Shown here one piece after another: positions 45,546 to 58,329 of a stretch of 64,000 nucleotides of DNA (position 1 is its first letter; the number at the start of each line of letters is the position of its first letter). Origin of the DNA: the human T2T-CHM13v2.0 reference genome, Homo sapiens; NCBI RefSeq assembly GCF_009914755.1, contig NC_060934.1. One strand, written 5' to 3'. The notes under the pieces are model-generated. The model was not told the DNA's origin and did not search any database. It saw nothing but the letters and a program-made list of their open reading frames with translations. The position numbers and the translations under genes were made by a program.

Positions 45546-46754
45546 GCTTATGATGCCAAAAGAGATTCACTTTTCTCTAAACATGAATGGGCATGTAGAA
45601 AAAACAGCAATCTCTACAGCTGTCTGGGTACAATTGCTGTCACAAGAACTATTGCCATAATGCGGTTAGGACATAAAGTAAACTTAAATACTCTACATAC
45701 TTTTTATAATTGGAGGTTGTCTACATAGACTTGAGAAGTCCCCAGAGACCTTAAAATTCTATTCAGTTCAGCTGTAACCGTATCCTCCAATCACCTTGTG
45801 GGTCATGTATGGATTGTCTTGCTTCTGCATTTATCTTCCAGAGATTTGCTGCTTTTACTAATTATTGGAGTAGCAGACACCTCTATTGCTTCTGCCTCTC
45901 TTGAACTATGATTGTTCTTATCTCTGGGTACTAAGTCCATCATCCTTAGATCCTGTAGAGCACTGGCTGCTGAGGCACACTTATCACCAAACGCCTGTTG
46001 GTGTCACTACAGAGTAGGAACCAAATTGCTCTCACTGCTGGATGACAACTTGTTTCTCATCTAGCATCCTAACTTATCTGGTAAGGAAATGGATAACTGC
46101 AGTATATAATTATTGTGTATCAGTAATTAACTCCTCCTGCCCTCTGTTTAGGTAAAAGAGATGAGGCTTAAAAGGCGCACAATTTTTAAATGTCAAAAGT
46201 ATCACTTGACTCAAATCTTTCTGAACTTAGCACTTACAAACTTTTCAGTGGACCACAATGTCCAACATTAAATGCTGGAAATCACCATACCGTGGGTTTG
46301 TAAAACAGGCCAATATTTTTTTTATGGATACTTTTAAGGTCCATCCTAGAGGCCTATTTATATAAACACTTCATGCCTTACTCTGGGAACTTATCACTAA
46401 GATTTTCTTCAAAGACCTGGTGAATCAGGATTTTCCATTCATATCTGTGAATTAAGGATACCTGGGGGTAATCTCTGTCACTGAATACATCAATATATTT
46501 GCCAGTTAGACCTCTTCTTTGCTGGAGAATGCTGACTTGCACTTTTTGTATAGGTAAGGTTTATCAACAAGATTTGTACAAGGTCAAGATTGGGAGAGCT
46601 GTTAGTCTGAGAAATGCCAAATATCAGAATGGGGAAGAACGAGATCGTCTCTAGAACTCCTAGTTACTCAGAGGCATTTTATTTCATTTCTTTCATATGA
46701 TTTCTTCTTTCTTTCTTTGTTGTCTTTTCCACACACCTTACAGATGATCAGTAT

Positions 46755-47555
46755 TCTATTTAAAATGTACTTACCACAAGTACACAAGGCTCTTTATCTC
46801 AACAGTGATTATAGTTAGGCAATAGTAGAAATAAAATAAATGTCCATATGACTTTACCATATGACAGAATATTCTGCAGCCACTTAAAAGGATGAGATAG
46901 ACCTATGAGCACTAACATAAACAACGCCCATGACTTATTACAAGTTTTAGAAAACAGGTAATCTATTATTTATAATAGCAAAAAATGATAACAGTAATTC
47001 TATGTTATTATTTCTCTCTTTTTTTTTAAACGGAGTCTCGCTCTGTCACCCAGGCTGGAGTGCAGAGTGCAGTGGCGCGATCTCAGCTAACTGAAACCTC
47101 TGCCTCCTGGGTTCAAGCGATTCTCCTGTCTCAACCTCCCATGTAGCTGGGACTACAGGTGCGTGCCACCACGCCTGGATAATTTTTTTTTATTTTTAAT
47201 AGAAACAATGATAAATGAGCCATAGCTACCTGCAACAACATATTGAATCTTATAACATAATACTGAGCAAAAAAAAAAATCTAGACATATAAAGAACATA
47301 TGGTATGATTCTATTTACATAAAGATCAAAAATAGATACAACTAGCTTTTGGTATTAGATGTCAGTTTAATAGTTACATGGGTAGAGAAGGTGGCTAGTA
47401 ATTAGGAAGCAGTGTATACAGGGGTATGGATCATATTCCATTTCTTGGTCTGAGCATTGAGTACCTATGTGTGTTCATTTTGTAAAATTTTCTCACAGTG
47501 TAAATTTATGAATTATGCATTTTTGTTATGTATTAACCTTTAAAGTTTATTGTAA
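46755..47555 (+). mobile_element. L1ME-like 3' fragments
   Basis: aaatgtccat, gaatattctgcagcc, and atggtatgattctatttacataaag. Confidence 0.6.
47018..47205 (-). mobile_element. Partial AluS (right arm plus linker)
   Basis: acggagtctcgctctgtcacccaggctggagtgc...; stops just after the linker. Confidence 0.9.
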
Positions 47556-47701
47556 AGGGCAGGAATTTGAATTTTGAAAAAATAAAAGATTGTGATGCTT
47601 CACAACATGGACAGTAATGAAAGGATATTCTTAGGTGAAGTAAGAGATGTGGTTCAGCAAGACCATGTGCAAGTCAGATTCCAGGGGAACTAGAAACCAT
47701 G

Positions 47702-48165
47702 AGCATGGGTGAAACTGAAGACATTATTAAGTAAAATAAGCCAGGCAAAGCAAGACAAATACCACATGATATATGGAATCTAAAAAAAGCTGTTCTCATG
47801 GAAATTGAGAATAGAATGATGGTTATGAGAGGCCATAGGGTTTAGGGGGAAGATGGGGTCGGGGAGATGTTGGTCAAATAATACATATCTGCAGTTGGAT
47901 AGAAGGAATAAGTTCAAGAGACCTATTGTGCAGCAGGGCAGCTATAGTCAATGATGATATTTTGTATTGTTGAAAAATGCCCATAGAGTGTATATTCAGT
48001 CTTTTCCCCACAAAAATGATAACCATGTGAGGTAATGTGTTTGTTAATCAGCTCGATTTAACCATTCCACAATGTATATATACTTCAAAACATTGTACAC
48101 AATAAACACATATAATTTCATATGTCAATTTAAAAATAAGTAAATATATTTAAAAAAATTAAAAA
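47702..48165 (+). mobile_element. L1MA-like 3' end
   Basis: aaataagccaggcaaagcaagacaaataccacatgat...aggaataagttcaagagacctattgt. Confidence 0.8.
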
Positions 48166-48609
48166 GACACTATGAGCAAGTAGAGGAAGACAACTGTTAA
48201 ACATAGGAGTAGGTTACAAAGCAGGCAGTGGAGGGGCAGGGATAACAAAATCTCCAAGAAGAGGGGTGAGCCATGCTATTGGATTTCCATCTGTAGTTTA
48301 CATATATCCTTAAGATAAATCTTTGAAAAATCAAGTTAAAATGAATTAAGTTGAATATTATCAGCACTGATATTTATAAAAGAGATTATATATTTATTAT
48401 TGCTGTGACTATCATTATTATGATTCATGGAGCATCAGTATGACTCTGTACCTGAAACTAATGAGTTTGACTACAACACTCTTTTAATTCTTCATTTTTC
48501 TTATGCACTTGAGGAATTGGAAATTGTTTTCAAATAGTTTACATGTTACCTCTCAAATTCAGTTTTTACAATGGGTTCTATGATATATTAAAATAATGGT
48601 AATAATATA

Positions 48610-48835
48610 GTAGAAACCAATTATATTTTATTAACACTGGAAGTGAGCCAGACACTGTGCTCAGTAAATGCATGGTACAAAGCATCTCATTTAATCTTCC
48701 AGTGACCCAGTAGGCAGATATTATGATCATCACCACATTTCACATCAAAAACTGAGTCATAGATAGGTTAAATAAAATTGCCGAAAGTCAGGTAAATAGA
48801 GCGAGACCCTGGGAACAGATCTGTGCTTTCCGACT
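48610..48835 (-). mobile_element. MIR
   Basis: gccagacactgtgct...tctcatttaatctt...aaactgagtcatagataggttaaataa. Confidence 0.65.
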
Positions 48836-48840
48836 ATCAG

Positions 48841-49598
48841 TCTGCACTATTCAACGTGGTAGCCACAAACATGTGATGGTCATTAAAAGAAAAACTGGAG
48901 AAAAGTTAAATTTAACAGACTTTAATAGAGCAATTTGTGAAGGGGTAGCCCTCTGCACCAAATTACATTCAGAGTGACTTTGGCACTGCCGGAAGGTGTA
49001 AGAGAATTTACGGAAGCAGGGAATTTATGGGAGAAGGGAAAGTGGCCTACAGAAAACAGAAGTGAGGTACAGAAACAGCTGGTTATAGTAACTCGGCATT
49101 CATTTGAACACAGTTTGAACAGTTGACTGACTGTGATTAGCTGAAACTCAGTGATTGGTACAGGAGTAGGTTACAGTCTATTTGGGCATATTGTTAGGTT
49201 AAAATTCACTATGTACAGAGAAACCATTAGACCAAACTTAGAATCTGTAAGGAGGCAGTTTTAGGGTAAAATCAGCACAGTTGAACACTTGAAACATGGC
49301 TAGCCTGAAATGAGCTGTAAGTCTCATATACGGTAAGTCTCATATAAAAAGCCCCACTGGATTTCAAAGACTTAGCGCCAAAACAATATAAAATATTTCA
49401 TTAATATTTTATAGCTATTCTGTATTGAAGTGATACTATTTTATATATGTTGGGTCAAATAAAATGTATAATTAAAGCGAATTTCTCCCTTGATTGACTG
49501 ATTGATTGATTGGATTGCTTCTACGGTGCCTACTAGAAAGCTTTGGAAGCTGAAATTATACATGTGGCTTGCATTATATTTCTGTTGGATCATGCTGG
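48841..49598. mobile_element. MER33 (hAT-Charlie) interrupted by a MER57 LTR
   Basis: ggtagccac..., ctggatttcaaagacttag, and tacatgtggcttgcattatatttctgttgga. Confidence 0.75.
48881..49278 (-). mobile_element. MER57-family ERV1 solo LTR
   Basis: agaaaacagaagtgaggtacagaaacagc and ttcactatgtacagagaaacc...tgtaaggaggcag. Confidence 0.8.
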
Positions 49599-49621
49599 TC
49601 CAGACTGGATGCTCTACTTCT

Positions 49622-49790
49622 AGACCTGAGGTTTTCAACTTCAGCGCTTTAGGTAGATTTGAACGTACACAGATCTAGCTTCCTAGTGCTGGAAATTCAG
49701 ATCTGCTCTGGGCTGGGGTTCAGTTGTTGGTGTATTTGAGAAGCTCCCGAGGTGTTTCTAATGTATAGCCAGAGGAGAGAACCCCTGCCT
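49622..49790. mobile_element. MER5-family hAT element
   Basis: aagctcccgaggtgtttctaatgtatagccag...gagaacccctg. Confidence 0.6.
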
Positions 49791-50819
49791 GGAGTCCATA
49801 TGCCTGCTCTATGCAGTCTGATATCCACCTGACTCGAGATAGCTCCTGATGGGATAGTTACAACTTAAGCCTGGGAAGTCAAATAGCCACAGGGCTCTCA
49901 GCCTGCGCACCTATGCAAAGAGCTGACTTTGCTGATTATGTTTGTAGATCTTCCAGGATCACTGCCAATACCTGTGGTAAAGGAGTTAGATTCCTTTAGC
50001 TTACACCTCATCTGTCTGAGAGAAGTGAAGCCCCATTACACCAATATGGAGAAGGTTGTGTGTTACCTTGGTCCTGAATGTTCTGTGAAGCAAAGTTAAA
50101 AGGTCTTTAGTGGGTTAGAATCCCTACTCCATCTAAATAGGTCACAGCTAGAAGATTCCCTTAAACCGCTGGGTCAGATTCTCCCTGTTGTCAAGAAAAT
50201 GAAATGTTATTGTTCCAAGTCACATGTCTTGCTCCTAGAATGTGACTTTGCCAATGAACAGTGAATCCTAAGTGATAAAACCTAGAATTGAGGGTAAGGA
50301 GTGGGGGACAGCTATTATAGGTTCAGGAAAAATGGAGTTAACAGATCTTTTAAAAGTGAACTCGGACACCACAGACTGGGATTATCTTAGCATTGAAAAC
50401 TCACTGGTAGATATAACTTGATGCAGGTTGCTTTTTACTTATAATTTATTTGTGGAAGAAATAGCACTTGGAAAGCCAGTGCATATTAGACATATTAATG
50501 AGAAGACCCAGGGCTTTTCATTTTCTTTTCAAAATATGTCTTATAACATTCACTTATCTATAGTCAGCCAGAGATGCACTGTTTGTGAAAGGAGGGGAGG
50601 AGATAAGCGGTTATTACAGGAAAGGTTTATATTTGGTGGGGGTGCAGGGGAAGAAAGGAAAATGACAGGCTGAGAATACAGATGTTTATGAATTTAAACT
50701 GTTATTTACCCTTAAATATCAACTTTAACTGATAATGCACATCTAAAAGCATTTTGCGTAGAAATAAGATAAACTATAGAGTATCAACATTATTATAAAG
50801 TAATTATTTCAGTCTTTCC

Positions 50820-51153
50820 TTTGTTGTTGTTGTTTGTTGTTGTTGTTATTGGTTTTTTGTTGTTGTTGTTTTTTGAGACGGAGCCTCCCTCTGTCACCCA
50901 GGCTGGAGTGCAGTGGTGCAATCTGCTCACTGCAAGCTCCGCCTCCCGGGTTCACGCCTTTCTCCTGCCTCAGCCTTCCGAGTAGCTGGGACTACAGGCG
51001 CCCACCACCACGCCCTGCTAATTTTTCGTATTTTTAGTAGAGATGGGGTTTCATCGTGTTAGCCAGGATGGTCTCCATCTCCTGACCTCGTGATCCACCC
51101 GCCTCGGCCTCCCGAAGTGCTGAGATTACGGGTGTGAGCCACGGCGCCCCACC
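50820..51153 (-). mobile_element. AluY with (TTG)n-converted tail
   Basis: gcaagctccgcctcccgggttcacgcc. Confidence 0.93.
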
Positions 51154-51575
51154 TTTCAATGTTTTTTTAAGTGTAGTATTATGCAGTTGACTGCAAAGAG
51201 CAAGAAAATGAATCCCTAGGGTAAATGTAACTTTCTACCTCCTCCCCCACCTCAAGAAATTGCTGCCTCTTTTTATTGCCCCACCAAGCAGAAGACCACT
51301 GGTAAATGTCCTTAGACATCCAGCTCAGAAGCTATTGAGTTCACCAAAGGCTTTTGTAGTGAGGCCCTAGTGCACAGCCAGCATTAGCCACATACAACTA
51401 TCCAGAAATAAAGATCATATCCTTGTCCTTGAGGGGCTTTTGAGAAATGGGTATGTGCATTTTTGGTACAAGACCATGCAGTTATGGAAAAGGTGCAAAA
51501 GGAATGCAGAAGGGAAGCTTGGGAAGAATTTTCAGGCTTAATAGTATTTATTCTGAGCTTTTAGGGATCGGTGGG

Positions 51576-52381
51576 CAGATTAACTTGCTAGGGCTGCTGT
51601 AACAAAGCACCACAAACTGGTGGCTCACACAATTCTTTTGTTTTCCAGTTCTTATCGAGGTATTAGCAGACTTGGTTTCTTCTGAGGGCTGTGAAGGGGT
51701 AACTCTTTCTTGCCTCTTTCTTAGCTTCTGGTAATTGGCTGTCACTCTTTGATGTTCCTAAGCTTGTAGAATCATTGCCCTAATCTCTGACTTCATCTTT
51801 AGATGATGTTCTCCCTATGTGTGTATGTGTCTATCTCTGTGTCCAAATTTCTCCTTTTACTAAGGACACAGTAATATTGGATTAGGATCCATTTTCATGA
51901 CCTCATCTTAACTTGATCCTCTTCAAAGACCCTTTCTTAGTCCATCTGGGCTGCATAACAAAGTACCCTACACTGCATAGCTTATAAACAACAGGCATTT
52001 ATTTGTCAGTTCTGGAGGCTGGGAAGACCAGGGTCAAGATGCCAGTAAATTGGGTGTTTGGTGAAAGCTCAGTCTCTGCTTCATAAATGATGCCTTCTTG
52101 TTGTACCCTCACATGGTAGAAGGGGCAGGGAGCTTCCTTGAGTTTATTTTATAAGAGCAGTAATCCTATCTGTGAGGGTGGAGCCCTCATGACTTACCCA
52201 CTTCCCAAAAGCCCCACCTCTTAATATGATTCCATAGGGCATTAGGTACTAACATATGCATTTTGGGGGCACACCAATATTCAGACCATAGCAGACGCTA
52301 TACTCAAATAAGGTCATATGCATATAGCTACTGGAGTCATTACTTCAACATCTTTTGGAAGACAAAATTCAATCCATAACA
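51576..52381 (-). mobile_element. MLT1B/C-like MaLR LTR, interrupted
   Basis: agggctgctgtaacaaagcaccacaaact...attcaatccataaca; 5-bp TSD gtggg on both sides. Confidence 0.8.
51933..52293 (-). mobile_element. MLT1A/MST-like MaLR LTR nested in the MLT1
   Basis: tcttagtccatctgggctgc...ttcagaccatagca; TSD gaccc / gacgc. Confidence 0.82.
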
Positions 52382-53377
52382 GTGGGAGTTTCAAGTAGAA
52401 AAAGGGAAGGTGCTTCTAGCCTGAATAACACAGTGTAAAAGACATGGAGCCTTTTAGTACCTCCTGGTCATCTCAGCTTCTCTGCACTTGGATGGTGGGA
52501 CTGGAGGCCCCCCACCCCCAGGCAGCTTTCTCAGGGTTGCTTGTAGCAAGGCTCAGGGAGCTGGTTCTGTCTTCCTGATATTCTTATTATATGCCCACCC
52601 TGCCAGGGTGCCACCCTCTGTAACTGCCCCACCCTGCCAGTGTATGTTTGATCTCATTGATCTCATGGTAAGGATTCCTTTTATTTGCCTTCAGGCTCTC
52701 TTTTAACTAAATGAAATACTTGTTTAAGGCATTTATAAGGCCATTGAACTCTTTGTTCATTTTTATCTGCAAGTTAAAAAAAGCATATCCTGATTTCTAA
52801 ACATTCTAAATATTCTCCTTTTCATTCTCTTTTCTGATCAAGGTTCATTTGCAACTGCTTATAAGCTCCTAATATTTTAATCTATCCCAAGCATTTGTTG
52901 ATTTTTAAAAATAAAATTCAGGAGACCTGCTTTATCTAACAATAATTAATGCTGGATTAAATGCACTTAAACTTAATCCAGTTAAAATGAGGACAAAAAA
53001 GTCAGAGTGCAACCATTAGGGAGAGACTGACCTACACAGATGATGAGGTTGGTTTGATGGATAGAAATAAATACTAGAATTAGGCAGGGAGAAATGCTGG
53101 AGTGAAGACTCATTTCATAAATAGTGGGTTCGTTATTGAATATTGTTGTATTATGATGACTTTTGCTTCTCTATGTAGACTCTTAACTTCAGGGCCTCAG
53201 ATAATGAATACTTGGATAGAAAGGAGCCTCTGAGGTATAGTTGGTTGATTTTTAGAATGACTATAAGAGTAATCATGCTTCATTTTGATACCTAGTGGCA
53301 ACACATAGGATCTGATTTGCATATCTTGAGTATGCGGGTTTCCAGGTGAAACTTTTGCTTACTTATATGACATATAG

Positions 53378-53380
<3 letters not shown>

Positions 53381-53410
<30 letters not shown>
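53381..53410. repeat. (TG)15 microsatellite
   Basis: Read directly. Confidence 0.97.
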
Positions 53411-53412
<2 letters not shown>

Positions 53413-54784
53413 TCAACCTCACACTACTTGAAGATCAGCACATTTATGGACATCATAGTTGAGCTCAGTGTCTTTTAGGCCACCCTAAAAATGGTGGTAC
53501 AAAGGAAATGTTCTCAAGAAGCACTAGAATCCTAGGTCCCTATACCTGGAGGGGATATGGAGGTGCCATTTAGAACAGTTCCTGTTCCCTCACACATGTA
53601 GGAGATCATGCTGTATCATGGTCTCCCACACCTCTGTCCTCCATACAGAGATCTCTCTGGGGAAATAGTGTAACAAGAACTATGACTGTGATTTTCTTTC
53701 GGTAGCATTCTTTTTTCTACGTAGTACAGCTTAACAAGTTTCTATGGAGAGACTTTGAGAATTTTATACTGTTGCAGTTTCCAAAAGAATTACCATAAGG
53801 CTGTGTTACACATCTGGATCTGAACTATGGCTGCCCAGTTAAGTAGATATCATGCTAGCCAATAAGTGTTCCAAGGATTCTGTGTCTCCAAGGACAAAGA
53901 GCACAATTTATTTTTCTTAAAGGGAGAAGTGAGGGAGAGTATGAAACTAGAGAAAGTAACATTATGGTGAAATTTCAGAACCCAGCATTAGAACAGTGGA
54001 GAGAATCTTTTTGGCAGGCAGCCTGGCCTGAGCCTTGCCCTTGCCCTTGCCCTGGACTCATCTCACTCCAGGACTCATCTCACTCCAGGAGCAGAATGCA
54101 TGGTTGTTGCATGCGTCTGTTTCACCACCAGCTGTAACTGCTCTTATCCTCTTATCCATTGTCTTTACCAAGAAAATGGAAGAAATACTACACACTTCCT
54201 ATTTGTTTATCTGTGAGGGAGAGTGTGAAAGACAGAGCCCATTCCCCAAAGAGGTCTGCTTGTATTACATCCCTCAAAATTTCTGGGCAGGAAATTCAAA
54301 ACCACAATTGAGAAATATAGTTACCAAGAGTGAAAGTACAAGTTAAAAAAAATGAGTTAAAAAAAAAAGACATAAAAATAAATTCCTTAAATACCAGTTT
54401 CTGGACACAGACTTCTCCAGAGTTAGCAAGTCACTGACTGCCTGTGGCTAAGGCTAGTTTTGCATATGGGAGTAGAATATTTTAAAGGTTCTTTTTGACT
54501 TAATGCTGCTTCAAGAGAAAACGGAAAAAGGAAAGAAACTGGCGTTTTGTGCATCATTTATATGCCATGTATTATTCTAGGCACTTTGTTCGTGCTTATG
54601 TGTTTAATCCCTAAACATGCAGGTATGCAATGTTTTTCTATTTTATTGGTAAGGACAATGAATAAGAGGATAAGAACAGTTGCAGCTGATGGTAAAAGTC
54701 AGGCATGCATAACCACGGACCACACTGCTCCTTGAGTGGAGTTGGCTCAGGGTAAGGGGTGATCTTAGCCAGGCCACCCTTGGT

Positions 54785-55193
54785 GGCATGGCTCAATCCA
54801 AGTTCAAAGGCCTCAGAACCAGGGAAGCCAATGATGTGATTCTCAGTCTGAGGCCAAAGGCTTGAGAACCCAAGGTCATTGATTTAAGTTATAGGGTCCA
54901 AAGGCCAGGGAACCTGGAATTTTTGTCCAAGAACAGGAAAGGAGGAGTATATCTCAGTTCAACAAATAGATCAACATATTTGCATTTTCTCTCATTTTGT
55001 TCTCTTCAGGATCCCAGAAGATGGGATGGTGCCTGCCCATATTGAAGTCAGATTTTCCCCATCTAGTCCACTTAGATGAACATGCTAATGTCCTCTGAAA
55101 ACATCTACACAGACATACCCCAAAATAATGCTTTATTAGGTTTCTAGGTATTCCATGTTCCAGTCAAGTTGACACCTAAAATTAGCCATCACA
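54785..55193 (-). mobile_element. MLT2 (MLT2C-like) ERVL LTR, partial
   Basis: aaggcctcagaaccagggaagcc...cagtcaagttgacacctaaaattagccatcaca. Confidence 0.82.
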
Positions 55194-56800
55194 CAGGGGG
55201 GAAAAATTTTAAAATATAGAAAGATGAAAAACCAGAATTTATCGAATTACTATGTGCTATATGCTTAAGAAACCTTACTTGATATCATTCTCATTATAAA
55301 CATACTTGATATTGCCTTTATGTAGGGAGGAAATTGAAGTTTATAAAGGTAAAGTAGCATACTTGCAGTCACTCATTTTAAAAGTGACCAAAATTAAAGT
55401 CAAATCCAAAATTACCAGACTCTCAGCCCCTTGATTTATGCTGGTTCTCGCATAATACCCTATGAATCAAATGCACTGATAATATACCATCATTGTAGCT
55501 ACACCTGGGTCTATAAATTCACTTGTAGTCTTTGTAGTTTTAATTTCACTCTTGATTTAAACTCAGAACCTTTTTTTATTTTTGCATGTCCCCAGGCTAC
55601 ATTTGACTAGCTTCAAGTAAAAAACAAAACAAAACAAAAAACATACTGCATAAATGTTATGTGGAAATAATTCATTTTTGTGAGTGCAGTCTTATGTTTT
55701 TGTTTGTTTTAGTGGGCATTATTCTCCATAATTTTTATAATTCTTTTTATTTGCAGAAGCAGGGTAGACAGATTATTATACGCAAGTCATGCTTATTCCA
55801 TTTCAGTCATGAACTGACAATTAAGTAAAATGGAATTCTTAAGAGTTGGCACAAATATTTATTTGTTTCCAAGTTCAACTGGAAAATTTAATGAACTTGC
55901 AAATGTGGGGGTGGAAAGGATGACATTTTTTAAGATGATGATATGCCTAAACAGGTCTTAATAATACATGTTTTATCCCTTCAATTTGAATCTTTCCAAC
56001 TTTAAAATGTCAACCCAAGCCTGCTGGGGCACATGATTGCCCCTCTCAACTTACTAAGAAATGTAGATAATGTGATATTTTTTAGGTTTACTTTCTGTTT
56101 TCTATTATGCCAGCCCAAATGAATGCATTAAAAACAAAAATAAACCCTAAGAAGAGAGAAAATGTTCGAAAACATTTGTTCCCAACATAATTCCACAGGA
56201 AAAAGTATTAGAAAACATGAGGTCATATCTTAAGAGAGGATATAGTGCATGGTCTCAGAAAATAGAAGAAATAAAGGAAAATAGGTCCTAGAATGTGGGC
56301 TCTCTACATGTAGGTTTTGATCCAGATTTGTTTCATCAGGCTTCCATTTGCTTATTAATGATAAAGTACTGCAAGTACCTTTACTGGTAGAGAAACACCA
56401 CAAGTCCCCATGGACTAATTTCAGCTGACCCTGGAAGCTTCTGCAGCATTTTGGGAGCACCCCAGAAAGTCACGGTATGAAGAATTTTGTGTACCTGAGC
56501 CACCCCTCAGCTTGCTTTTCTGTCTTTGAATTGCCATCAGCACCAAATGAAGCTAGTCTAGAATATAAAACCAGGCAGCATACCAGTGTCAGCATTAGAG
56601 TATGTTGGTTGGAACAGCACACAAATCCAACACAGAGATAAACAATCAGAATACCTACATATCAGTTGATCATGCTGCTCATCCTCTGAGGCCAGGGTAC
56701 AAGTGCTTTCACCATTTTCCTTATGGTTCTTTGTGCTGTGAAAAGGACTTTGTGAGTGCAGAATCACAGTGAGGAGACCAAGGTTGGATGAAAAGTCCCC

Positions 56801-57213
56801 TGTTTTAGCCTATAACTGAATACCACAAAATGGGTACTTTATTTTGAAAAAAGAAATTTATTTGGTTCATGTTTCTGGAGGCTGGGAAGTCCAAAAGCAT
56901 AGCGCCAGCATCTGGTGAGGGCAGTTCTATGGCAGAAGGGGGAAGGCAAGTGAGCTCAGGAGACAGAGAGAGGAAATTGAGCTGAATTCATCCTCTTATC
57001 AGAAGCCCACTCTTGTGATAACTAACCCCCTCCTGTGATAACTAACCCCCTCCTGTGATAACTAGTTTACTCTCATGATAACAGTATTAATCCCTTCATG
57101 AGTGGAGCCTTCATTGCCTAATCACCTCATAAAGGCCCCACTTCTTAGTACTGTTACAATGACTATTCAATTTCCAACACAGGAACTTTGAGGAACATAT
57201 TGAAACCATAGCA
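56801..57213 (-). mobile_element. MSTB-like MaLR LTR
   Basis: ctggaggctgggaagtccaa...gccagcatctggtgagggc...aaaccatagca; internal 21-bp repeats. Confidence 0.85.
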
Positions 57214-57643
57214 GCTCCAAATGGAGAAGCTGGGTACAGAGTTTGGATGTGGGTGGGGTCAGAAGCAGATGGTCAACTCACGAAAGGAGGATGTGTTTAA
57301 GCCTAGGAGTACCTGATATCAACATGGACAGATTCTAAGCCTTAAGAACACTCTGGGGTGAGAATTGATGTAACATGAACAATTCTGTAAAGACAGAAAT
57401 ATGCATTTGTTAATTCAAGTAACAAGTCTGAAGTGTCAATGATGTGGGAATTGCTGCACTAGGTGCTGAGGAGATAATGATGAGCCAAATGAGTAAATTA
57501 ATGAAGAATATGGTCCCCTGAATCAGTGGAGCTTACTGTGCAAGGCTTTTTGATAGTGCAAGGCTCTTTGAACTAGTGACATTTAATTTGAGATTTAAAA
57601 AAAAAAAAAAAAAGTGGAGTGGTCCTTTAAAAGACAAGCAGAA

Positions 57644-57964
<321 letters not shown>

Positions 57965-58329
57965 TCAAGACTCTAAGGACTGAAATGGTAGACATAACAG
58001 AAAAAAAGGAGAGTGGTTGATATGGGTGAGCAGTGTCATATCAGGCAGGTCTTTCAGACCATACTAAGAATTTTAGGTATTATAAGTCAAATAGGAACCT
58101 AATAACACAGTAAAAATAGAATATACACACATATTCATTCATATACATGCATATATATGATTTAATTTATATATTAAAAGGTTTATATTGCCTGCTACAT
58201 GGAGAATGGTTTATGGGAGTATAATCATAAAAGAAGACTAAAAGATAAAAAGCTATGTATTATTTTATATTCTGCATATTCTACATATTCTTTGCATATT
58301 CTTTGTATTCTTTTGTACCCTAGGATTAA

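Noticed and set aside
57008-57082. 21-bp repeat array that superficially resembles a spaced repeat system
   Set aside because: No spacers; it is an internal repeat of the MSTB LTR
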